Source: Chrysomallon squamiferum
Taxonomy: Eukaryota > Animalia > Mollusca
NCBI GenBank assembly: GCA_012295275.1
Contig: CM022668.1
Location: 3,720,001 to 3,784,000, forward strand
Direction: 5' to 3'
DNA: 64,000 nt
Positions 15,938 to 27,500 of this stretch are shown piece after piece. Under the pieces are notes generated by a model that did not search any database, was not told where the DNA came from, and saw nothing but the letters and a program-made list of their open reading frames with translations. The position numbers and the translations under genes are program-made. The first letter of the stretch is position 1. Each line of letters starts with the position of its first letter.

Positions 15938-18900
15938 CTGAAAAATAAACATATTTCAAATTTACGGGTTATTTTTTAAAGATTATTACAACAGATTGGT
16001 TAATGAAAAAATAATAAATTATTTTTAAGTCATATGTCTAATAAATACCAGCATAAGAAGCATCTAAGCTTTTTGTTGCTGAAGACATTCTGTTGAACAG
16101 TAAAGGAAGTTTTACAAATATTGTTAACGTAAGATGTCTAATAGTAGCTGCAGCAGTAATAGTAGTACAGAAGCAGTAGAAGTTGCTGTTGTTATAGCAG
16201 TAGTAATAATAACAGTAGTAACTGTTTTATTAATAGAAATAATTGGAATAGTAGTGGCTGTTGTTGATGTTTTGGTTGTAGTAATAATAGTAGTGGTACA
16301 AGCAGTTTCATACACATATACCTGTATATATACATATTTATTTATTTTATGGTTAATTATTCTTTATATTTAAAATTACATATATATATGACACCAGAAT
16401 GATTTAAGAGCCCCTAAAGATCTTAATCCGATCCTGGATGTAAGAGTAAAATTAGTCGTTCAACAGAAGAGAGCAGTCACACGAACACTTACCTATCAGG
16501 GGCACGTAATCGGAAGTAGGTGGCATGCTGTCTGCTATGAGCAGCATGAACAAGGAGTACGACAAAAGAACGGTGATACTCAGAGTTATCTTCTCCCCAG
16601 AGTCTGGCGGCAGACAGAACGTGAGCACGCTCAGGATGTTCAGCCAGAAACACGGCAACAGGATGTTGAGCACGTAGTACAGAATACGACGATGTATAAC
16701 CAAGTACACGGTGACATCAGGGTAAACGGCATCACTGATAGGATAGACCACTTCGTGTCTGACAATCTCATACTTCGTCAGTCGCCATTCTCCATTAGCC
16801 ACGTAACTGTGGACGTCAACAACTGATGATTTGTTAACGAGATCCACCTGAGAGAAATAACAAAACCAGCACAGAAGCATAAACAGAAAATAACACTGAA
16901 ATATTATAATAATGAATGTAGAAATAGTAATAGTAGTAGTAGCAGTAGCAGGAGTATTAGTAACTATAGTAGTGGTAGTAGTAATAGTTGTAGAAGAAGA
17001 AGAAGAAAGAAAAAAAAAAATAACAAAAAAAAATAACAAAAATAACTGAAACAGCAAATCAAATATAAGGACAACAATAAAACCGTTGCAAGAAAAGCAG
17101 CAGCAACAACAACAATAAAAGCTTAATGCTAAATAACATAAACCCGAAGTCTGTAATTAACCTGAATAAATACAGGAGGTGAAAGGTCATGTCATTATGA
17201 CGTCATACAATGACAACTGACACTGGACTAGAAACGACGTCGTTACAAATTTTATTAAATTAGAAAAGTCAGATGACATCTTTAGTTGTATTATTTTATG
17301 TGAAAGGTAAGATGATTCATCACCACCATAATCATCCCATCTCATCATTATCAACAGCAACATTAACAACAATTATAACAATGAAAAGAGAAATAAATCA
17401 ACAGTACACAAAAAAAGTAAACTGAAAATAAGGATAATTACTAAAGTGTAGGATATTTTCTGTGTCAAACACTCTTACTTACTTGAGCTTTGTCGTAGGC
17501 CCACGAACCAAATTTAAGATGACATTTCTGAATGTCAAAAGGAAAGTAGGTTATATCCATTTTACACGAACTACGTAGTCGAGCTGGCGGCGACCACGTG
17601 ACCTTGCCGTCACTATGAACCATCGCGTTACAGGGCATGAACCCGGATGTGTAGTCATCAGCACTGAAAACGAAACAAAAACACGTGCATCACATACATC
17701 ATCATGTTTATTATAGTTACTGTTTTTACTACTACTGCAGCAACTACTACTACTATTACAATTATTATTGTTGGTGGTGTGTATGTTGCTACCATTACCA
17801 CTATTGCTATTCTGTTACTACTGCTATAACGTATTTCTACTATTCCTGTAGATACAAATGCTACTACTGTTACTACCTTAACAATCTTACTAGTAGACAT
17901 ACTTCCACTCAAAAAAAATTAGTAACTACTGTCAGTATTACTATTAGTGATGCTGCTGCTACTACTACTACTCTACTGATGATGATGATGATAATAATAA
18001 TAATAATAACAATAATAATAATAATAGTAGTAATGATGATGATAACAATAACAAACACTCGTCTGTTGACACGTTATTTTATAATTCATTACTTTTATTG
18101 CATAGGTATATATCAAATTATGTCAAATTAAAATAAACATAATGAAGTATAGATTTTTTTTAACAACACGCTAATATATTTGACACCTATAGACAAATTA
18201 TGATAAAGACGATATTAATGCCTTACTTGTTGTACAAAACAATGTCAGGAAGCCAGAGTTTTTTGGAAGGAAGACGAAACACAACAAGACCACCGTAGTC
18301 TTCAGGATCCCAGGTAATCAGTTCATCTCTCCACTCCTAGCAACAAATGAAGAAAGAAAACCAGAAAGAATCAATCAAACAAACAAAATATAAATAAATA
18401 AATAAATAAATAAATACTAAAAAAGACAGTCATGTAAAGAGATTATTTTATGAATTAGTTAAAACATAACAATTTGGTATTTTCTACGGTTATTCTGTCT
18501 CAGAGAAACATAAACAAATAAGAAAATGATTTTAAATGCAGTCAGTGTTGCAGTCAGACGGTAATGAACAAGTTCCTTTATATTACATCCTGACTGTATT
18601 TATTTACATCCTGACTGTATTTATTTACATCCTGACTGTATTTATTTACATCCTGACTCTGTATTTATTTACATCCTGACTCTGTATTTATTTACATCCT
18701 GACTCTGTATTTATTTACAGTGTTCTAGTTTGGTGAACTGAGTAAGTAAACAACTCACCGATTCCAGCCAGGCATTCAGAGTTAGAATCTGGTTCTTTTC
18801 ATCCTGCAATTACACAATACAGATAAAGTCTAAATAGAAAATAAACATTTGTAAAACTTTAGCACCATTGTTATCGTCATGTTCAGTATTGGTACATGGC

Positions 18901-20685
18901 CTGGAAAACGTAAGGAATACAGTGGTAACAAGTAAGTGAATATATAAAGAATCAGTTGTTTGTCTATTTAGTTTTTTTAGGTTTTGTTCTTGTTTTGCTT
19001 TTTATTTGTTTTACGTTTGTTTTGTTTTGTTGCTGGTGTTGTTTTTTTGTTTTAGGTTTGCTGTGTTTTTGCTTTTGGGTCTGCCTCTGTATAATTTTTG
19101 GTTGTGGATTTTTTAAATTTTAAATGTAATATAGTGAAAAGAAATAACTTTATTATTTCAATAAGAAAATGACTAAACGATCACAGGCAGGTTGTGACAT
19201 GGACATCGAGAAGAGTTAGAGTCTTTAGGTGTGACAAGCACTGAAGTTAGTGACATTCCAGCTAATAAATGTCATCTTTGTGTTCACAGCTGTTTGAAAT
19301 ACTCGATTTGAGGAGATATGAAGAACAGTGGTTTTGTTACTACAACAATAAACCTGTCCTATTTCAGAGCTCTGGCGCGGAATTTGGTGACGTTTATACA
19401 GCTTGGGAATAACTGTCTATAAATGTCAATATATTTCTTTCTTTCTTTTCTTTTCTGTCTTGTTTTTTATTTCTTTCTTTTTTCTTCTACTTCTTCTTAT
19501 TTTTATTTTGTGTTGTTGTTGTTGTTGTTGTTGTTGTTATCTTTAATTAATTATGAAATGAAGACGATTAATTTAAATTTGTTTTGTTAGTTAAATGATC
19601 GTATGTTTTGGTAATGTCACCAGATATGAGTCTTTGTCCTTTGTAAAAGATGAGTATTCCTGTAAGAATTCTGAGAAAACAATTTTTTTCATTAATACGT
19701 TGTTTTTTTAACTCCAAAAAACAGAGAGGCAGTCGGAACAATAGTTTTTCTATGTACAATTCTTCCAGAACAAAACCAGTTTTTGTTATCTAATATTTTC
19801 GAAAAATATGTCTGACAATTAAAAAATATGTTATGTTTCAGTAAGTTGAGCATTTCAATACACAGTTTTAATAGAATGAACATATCTGTTGTCTAATGGA
19901 AAATGAAAAATGACTGTCTGTTTAGACTAATAAAGTGGCAGTGTTCAGCTCGATTTCAGAAAAACATTTTCTAATTTACCTTATATTATGTTTATGATAA
20001 AAAGTTAAATATTATAGAAAATAATAAATTTTGAATTTAATATATCATGTATGTTAAGGAGACATTACAATTGTATTTGTCTGTTTGTATGACTGTCTGT
20101 TACAAATATCTTTTTAACATATTTAGACAGCCTGCAATGTATTTTATCTGAATAAATCCAAGCATTATTTATGTTATTGTTAGTTTTGTGTTGTTATTGT
20201 GTTTTTTAATGTGTGTACATTTTTTTATCTTTCAATTTTGTATAAGTTTGATTGCAAAAAATATAACTATTCTAAGCTCTGCATTACTCGAGCATCTTTA
20301 AATATATGAAATGAAAAATCTGGACCAAATATTGTATTTTAATAATTCTTAGTTTTTTTTTAAACCTGAAACTATCCAGTAAATTAATAAATTAAACAAA
20401 CAGTAAGCATAGAAATACATAAATTAAATTAAATTCAATAAATAAATGAACACATTTTTGTATGATACAAAAGTCTAAAATAAAACTTGTTTAAATTATA
20501 AGCCTTTCATTTTTACTTCTCTGCGTTAGCACTCGTTTTCTCAGCCACATAAATTATAAAAAAGCAAGTCTATGTGTGATTTAAAATATTTACTAACTAC
20601 GTGTTAGTCAATTTATTCTGATCTCACAAGGATATCAAATTATCAGTCGTTTTTTAAATTTTGTAATGTTCTGTTGCTTTTTCAC

Positions 20686-20760
<75 letters not shown>

Positions 20761-23700
20761 AAAAAAATAATTCACAATTTTATTTCTTTGTTTCCAGTGA
20801 CACGTACATTTTCAAAAAATAATGCGTCTCTGTTGGAAGCACCTGTTTATTTTAGTACTTTCCTCGGTAGTTCTGTTATCATCGACAAAAAACGGCGGAT
20901 CTTTTCATATGAGGAAACTAAAAATAGAATGTCCATCCAAATTTTATGGATGCGAAATATGAAAGTAATAAATAAATCATAAAAATTTAATTCAGATTTG
21001 ATCAGATTAATACAAGTAATTTTTAAAATATAATTTTGTAATTTCTAATTTGACGATTCATGCTGCTTTTATTGTAAATGGGTTTTTTTTTGTTTTTTTG
21101 GGGTTTTTTGGTTTGTTGGGTTTTTTCTGTTATTTTGGTTGGTGGGAGAACAGAATTGCTGGGTTTTTACTTTGTTTCTGTTGTTGTTGTTTCTCTGGGT
21201 ATTCTGTAATTTTTTATTTTATTTTTTAATCTGTTTCTTGTCATATTACGTCATTCGTGTCTGCTTATGGAGGTAATGACGCAATGAAAACTGCAACACA
21301 GAATGACAGATTAAACAATTACTGTTTTATATAGAACTTCGACTAAACAATAAATAATAAGTAAATTAATCATTTTTTTCTTTCTTAGAAAATAATATTT
21401 GATATTAATAACCTGTATGAATAGAGATGGGTTATAGGATATGTTTTATGCATTATAAAAGTATAATTAAAAAAATAATAAATTGTGAATGCAGCTAAGA
21501 CTGTGTGATATTTTAAATAATTCCTCAAAGATAAAAGTACATGGTCTGTCACAATGTTCGTATACGTCCTATAAAAAAACTTCTTTCATTTTTTGCACTT
21601 AAGTTTTAATTATCGTTTTTTAAAATTATTTCATATTTTATTTATTTACTTTTTGTTGTTGTTGTTCTGACTGCTTCAATGACGCCTATAATGCTAACAG
21701 TATTCACAAACACTCTAAATTTTAATTTACAGTTAATAACAACTTTTATGAAGTTAATGAATTATACATATTTCTGTTAATCTACTCTCGTAAAAAAAGC
21801 AACTGAATTTTAGAAAATAGCGTTTTTATTGAAATATTTTACATTCTAATAAATAAAATGTTATACTGACATATTTTTGAGCACTAACATACACAGACAC
21901 ATACACACAACACACACATATACATACATACAGAAATATATATATATATACCCGTATACACACACACAACAACACACACACACACACTTAATCTATCTAA
22001 TTATATATACATACATATATATATATATAAATACATACATACATACATACATATATATATATAAATACATACATACATATATAAATACATACATACATAC
22101 ATACATACATATATGAATACATACATATACACACACTCATGCGCCAGCACGCGTGAGCGCGTGTACAAAACACAAAACAAACAAACAAATAAATAAATTA
22201 ATTAAAAAGACATTTTCAACAAAATATATGTTATTGTTTATAAATAAAAGTATGTGCACTGGTTTCTTGGCTCAAGTATTTTTCTCTTTGTGCATGATAA
22301 ATCGTGAATATGCTCAGTGAAGCTGTTTGGAGTTAGATAAATAATCTTGAAAAACAAACACAACATTTAGCTTATATTAAAGATAAAACTTAGTGTAATG
22401 TAATGATGTATTATCTATATCAGACTTGAATATTTTCTATAAAGATAAAATTTTGTAAAAAAATTGTTTAATGTGCATTGAGGTAGCTATCTCAAATATG
22501 AATATTTTCATAATAACATAAACTTTAAAAGCAGATTTTCTTTTCCATGAAACTTAGTACAGTATTTTGATAAGTTTATCTTCTCTTGAGACTGTGTAAT
22601 AAAAGATGAATTAATATCTGAATGAACGAAGGAACTGATGAATGAATCAATGAATTATAGTAAAACAAGAATAATATGTCAGTCTAATACATCATCAAAA
22701 CTAATATACTGATGTAATACAATAAAAAAAATACAACTGATTATATCAATGTAAAACACTAAAATTAATATATCAGTTTAACACACTGAAACTAATGTAT
22801 CACTGAAATGCAGTAAAAAACTAATACATCTTTTTAACACGCTAAAACTAATATATCAATATATAAAACATTAAAATTAATATATCAGAATAACAATAAA
22901 AACGAATATATCAGTCTAATACATTAAAATATCAGTATTAAACTAATAAATCATTGGACACATAATATATCAGTTTAACACATTAAAATTAAAATATCAG
23001 TTTAACACATTAAAATGAATATATCAGTTTAACACATTAAAATTAATATATCAGTTTAACACATTAAAATTAATAAATCAGTCTAACGCATTAAAATTAA
23101 TAAATCAGTTTAACGCATCAAAATAACATCACAGAAATATTGATATTTCTATAAACACTGACACTGAAATTTCACTAAAAAAGGTAAATGAATTTCTAAT
23201 ACAAAGACAACTGATATTTCTATAAAAACGATAACTGGTGTTTCTGTAACAAAGATAACTGATACCTGTGAAACAAAAATAACTGAGATTTCTAGAACAA
23301 TGATAACTGATATCTCTGTAACAAAGATAACTGATATGTCTGTAACAATGATAACTGATATCTCTGTAACAAAGATAACATATCTCTGTAACAAAGATAA
23401 CTGATATCTCTGTAACAAAGATAACTGATATATCTGTAACAATGATAACTGATATCTCTGTAACAAAGATAACATATCTCTGTAACAAAGATAACTGATA
23501 TGTCTATAAAATGATAACTGATATCTCTGTAACAAAGATAACTGATATCTCTGAAACAAAAATAACTGAGATTTCTATAACAAAGATAACTGAGATTTCT
23601 GTAACAAAGATAACTGATATCTCTGTAACAAAAATAACTGATATTTCTATAACAAAGATAACTGATATCTCTGTAACAAAGATAACTGATATCTCTGTAA

Positions 23701-24199
23701 CAAAGATAACTGATATCTCTGTAACAAAAATAACTGATATGTCTGTAACAAAGATAACTGATATCTCTGTAACAAAGATAACTGATGTTTCTATAAAAAA
23801 GACAAGTAATATTTCTATAACAAAGAGACTAATATTTTTGTAACAGAGATAACCGGTATTTCTATAATGCAGCTTACTGGGAAAATAAGGATTAAAAACA
23901 AATAGTTTGATACCAGCCTGTGAAAAGGTAAATCTGTTGACAAAATATTAACGGATCGATAGACAGTGTTAAATCATGCACTTGATCAGAACAAATAACA
24001 ATGATGAGATAAGCCTAGTACTCCCTACACTGAAACATAACAGATTTAATCAGGGAACATATCAGTGTTTATACTAGGTAATACACGTATATACATACAT
24101 ACTCACACACATATATATACATACATACATACATACATACATACATACATACATACATACATACATACATACATACATACTTATATAGCATAAACATAT

Positions 24200-24254
<55 letters not shown>

Positions 24255-24512
24255 CACACACACAAACTATAATATAACATCAAATATACAGAGATATAAT
24301 CTGTATGTACTCACCATATCCATTATCTGGATGAGGTTGAAGTTGAAGATGACCTGGACGTTGTGAGAGGAGTTGTAGACGGGTCTGACGTCAGAACTGT
24401 ACAGCTTGAAGAGTTTTTTCAGAAGTCGCTGCTCGTCGGGTATATCCACGTGTTCGGCTTTGGCTGTGAGAAGAAAGATGAAGGACAGAGTTAAATATCC
24501 CACAGTTAACAT
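15351..24512 (-). CDS. Nicotinic acetylcholine receptor-like (Cys-loop pLGIC) subunit A; alpha7/9/10-like scaffold but non-alpha (no loop C CC); 6 coding exons, 491 aa
   Basis: Exons 24315-24512, 18759-18803, 18227-18336, 17483-17663, 16493-16847 and 15351-15937 all have GT-AG ends, are phase-compatible and total 1476 nt. Signal peptide, DEQRL..VRPV, DEKNQILTLNAW, WLPDIVLYN, Cys loop CKMDITYFPFDIQKC, FGSW, M1-M4 and GEK are present. Confidence 0.95.
16493..16847 (-). CDS. nAChR-A exon 5 (loop F, loop C, M1, M2)
   Basis: CTCAG acceptor, GTAAGT donor; NGEW..YPISDAVYPDV..RR..LPPDSGEKITLSITVLLS..MPPTSDYVPLI. Confidence 0.95.
17483..17663 (-). CDS. nAChR-A exon 4 (Cys loop and loop B)
   Basis: TTTCAG acceptor, GTAAGT donor; ADDYTSGFMPCNAMVHSDGKVTWSPPARLRSSCKMDITYFPFDIQKCHLKFGSWAYDKAQ. 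Confidence 0.95.
18227..18336 (-). CDS. nAChR-A exon 3 (110 nt, EWRDELITWDPEDYGG...WLPDIVLYN)
   Basis: CTAG acceptor, GTAAGG donor; loop A motif. Confidence 0.93.
18584..18719. repeat. 21/23-bp minisatellite in nAChR-A intron 2
   Basis: TACATCCTGACT(CT)GTATTTATT, about 6 copies. Confidence 0.92.
18759..18803 (-). CDS. nAChR-A exon 2 (45 nt, DEKNQILTLNAWLES, loop D)
   Basis: TTGCAG acceptor, GTGAGT donor; the 45-nt size is typical of this nAChR exon. Confidence 0.92.
22670..23125. repeat. ~27-bp degenerate minisatellite in nAChR-A intron 1
   Basis: ATATCAGTTTAACACATTAAAATTAAT; best conserved at 22965-23120. Confidence 0.85.
23135..23870. repeat. 24-bp minisatellite in nAChR-A intron 1
   Basis: GATAACTGATATCTCTGTAACAAA, roughly 25-30 copies; produces the spurious ITDISVTK ORFs. 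Confidence 0.95.
24315..24512 (-). CDS. nAChR-A exon 1 (signal peptide to LIQIMDM)
   Basis: ATG at 24512; MLTVGYLTLSFIFLLTAKAEHVDIPDEQRLLKKLF...; donor GTGAGT at 24314. Confidence 0.92.
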
Positions 24513-27500
24513 GACTGATCACAGCGCACCAGACCCGGCTTACTGCACAGTCTGAAATATCAGCTTTCGTTTGTGACAGAAATTATAGGGACAGACTTGT
24601 TTGATAGTCCACAATGAGTCGTAAAAAAAAATACACTTTGATTTCATAGAAATCACACCACCCTTTTATTCATTATATCAAAAGTTCAGACAGTTTCTGC
24701 TTGTATCCATTTACGTTTTTTTGTTATTTTTGATGTTGTTGTTGTCGTTTTTCTCTGTGTTATTCTGTTTGTTGTTTTCTGCACAGCTGTGACCACGAGG
24801 TGCCACAGTTACCCGGAGTCCTGCGTGGTGTTAGATTCCAGTGCCCTGTAATAACGTAACGATAGCTTCATTTGAACACACTGCAGTTCACAGCATTTGT
24901 CAATATTTGTCTCCACGCTCGCCTGAGCTAGGATCAATCCCTGGCAGTGGACCGGGGCGCTGTTCCTGTTCCTGTGATGCCAGTTTGTGAAACGAACATT
25001 ATGGTAGTTTATATCTTGCCATTAAGAAAGTGCATCTGCTCAAAGATTGTCTGCTGATATCAAACTTGATGTGAGGAGTTTAGCAGATTTCTCACTTAGT
25101 GATCTAGAGGTTTTAACTTCCACCGTCAGCAGATAGTCAAAAATATCTCTAGGAATAACAGAAGCTTATTTTCTTTGTTAAATTTATTGTATAAATAACA
25201 TGATACTAATAACATTTACCTGAAAGCAAGTGATTTTGTGATATCTATACCCATATATTATTTATATATATATATATTTTTTAATATATTATTATATATA
25301 TATTTTGGTTTGTTTGTTTGTTCGTTTGTTTATTGGGTTTTATTGTTGTTGTTTGTGTTTGGTTTTGTTATTTTAAAATAATAAAAACAAAATATTTTTG
25401 AAATGAACTGAAATGTAAAATACAGGTCGAATAAACAAAAATATTAAAAGAAGAAGAAAAAAAAAATTCAATTAAACTCTTCAAATGATGTATACGTACA
25501 TGTATATATAGCAAAACATTGAGAACGTCTCAGATTTAAACAAATTACCGTGGCGAATTTTTTTATACAAAATGCGTTTAAAGGAATTCAAATTACCAAA
25601 CATATCCCTCTTTTCTATACGTATTAGATTCTTAAGCAGACGACACTGTTATATACGTATGCTTTATTCCGCGTTACTTGGGTGCCGATCAAATTCTAAC
25701 AAAGAATTTCGAGTCACAAAAGGACTGGAGATTTGCTTTATTTACCGAGCGCGGTGACAAAACGCATTAATTCCGTTTTATTTTTATTCTGGTTGTACAG
25801 CTTACAGCTGCATGTTTAAGTTTGTTTACGTTTTAAATGTGTCAAGCAGTTGCCAAAAAAAATTATGGTTGGTTTATTGTCACTCATTATCAAGACCTTC
25901 GTTAAACGCCTTCGATTGAAAAGGTTCACAGATCAATCCCCTAACACACAGTGAATGAAGAAGGTGAGCAATATTTAACAAAAACAACCTACGTTTATAC
26001 GTAACGTAACGCGAGACACAGTTCTAAACTGATAAATAAAAGTCTGAAATTGATAGTTAAATACTGTGACGTAACTTCGTACGTCCATATGTGAAAATGA
26101 TATATATATATACTTTGTCGTGCTGTGACGCCAGTAATAAGTAATCAAATATATAAACAAACAAACAATAATTTAGAAAAATATATAAATATAATAAAAT
26201 AAAATAAAAACAATCACTAGACTGTCATAGAACAATATCAAAAAAAAATAATAATAATAATAATAATAAATTAAATAAAATTAAATTAAATTAAAAAAAA
26301 ATAATAATAATAAAAAAATAATAATAATAATAATAATCAAAAGTATCCAGGTTTGTATTAAGTATTAATCGGTAGTACCCATGCCAAAGATCTAAAGTAC
26401 AACCTTCTTTCTTTTTTTCTTTTCTCCATACCGAGTCGGTCCCATGAATTAAGTAAACGGTAAATGGTCCAAGAACGTGAAATAATTCTGTTTTCATCTT
26501 TAATGTAAAATTTCCTGTTTATTTATTGACATATCTATTTTCTTCAATTCTAACTGCCACAACATTTTTGTAAAAAACAAAAAACTGACCTCTTCTAACG
26601 CTGTCCTAATACACGTTAAGTTAAATTATGGCTTATTATTCTAATTACTTATCCTACACTCAAAACCTGTATGTCGTCCATAGCGTGCACGTGTGTGTTT
26701 ACTCGATCCTGTAAATTTTGAAATGCTGGGATAGCATTAATTATGTTAAACTAAATAGAAAGATATAAAATTTTAAGAAGTTGTTTGAAGAATAAAAGAA
26801 ATTAATGTTATACATTCTCTCGATATAATATTTATCACTGATGAATGTTTTTATCCGGAAAGTAATTTGCTTTGATGCTTCCCATTAACTTTTTATGTTC
26901 TACAATTCTGATAAACACAGTTCGCCTCCTTCAAGTCATTTCAATTTATTTATTTATTTATTTACTGGTTTGTTTATTTAATTAGTTCATTAGTTTATTT
27001 ATTTATTTATTTACTTATTTATCTGTTTATTTATATATTTGTCTGGTTGTGTGTTGATTTGCTTGTTTGTGTGTTTGCTTAGTTTAGTTTAGTTTATTTA
27101 TTTATTTATTATTTATATTTTTTGTACTTTTTAATTATAGTACTTTATTTACTTTACAACGTGACAAGTTAACATTAATGACATTTTGTTATCATTAAAT
27201 GTCGGAGATTACATGTTATATAAGGCTTATTACAATAAAACGGAAATGTTTCCTGACAGCGACTCTGTTAAAACGAAAGAACTGGGGTTAGAAATGTAAT
27301 AAACAGAACTATTCTGCTCCCCCTGTGTAATAAAGTCTTTTAAAACATTCCTAATTAAACTCCACGTCTGTTTGAGGTTGCAGTTCGGTTAGTCTCAGGG
27401 TGGATGTGAGGTTAATGCTATAGTTATCGTTAGCAAGGAGTGTGACACGTCGATAATTTAGGAAAGGAAGGAGAAGACTAAAATCCATGCAGATAAATGT

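Noticed and set aside
23511-23843. ITDISVTK repeat ORF as a repetitive protein
   Set aside because: It is a 24-bp intronic minisatellite that is open by chance; no splice or start context.
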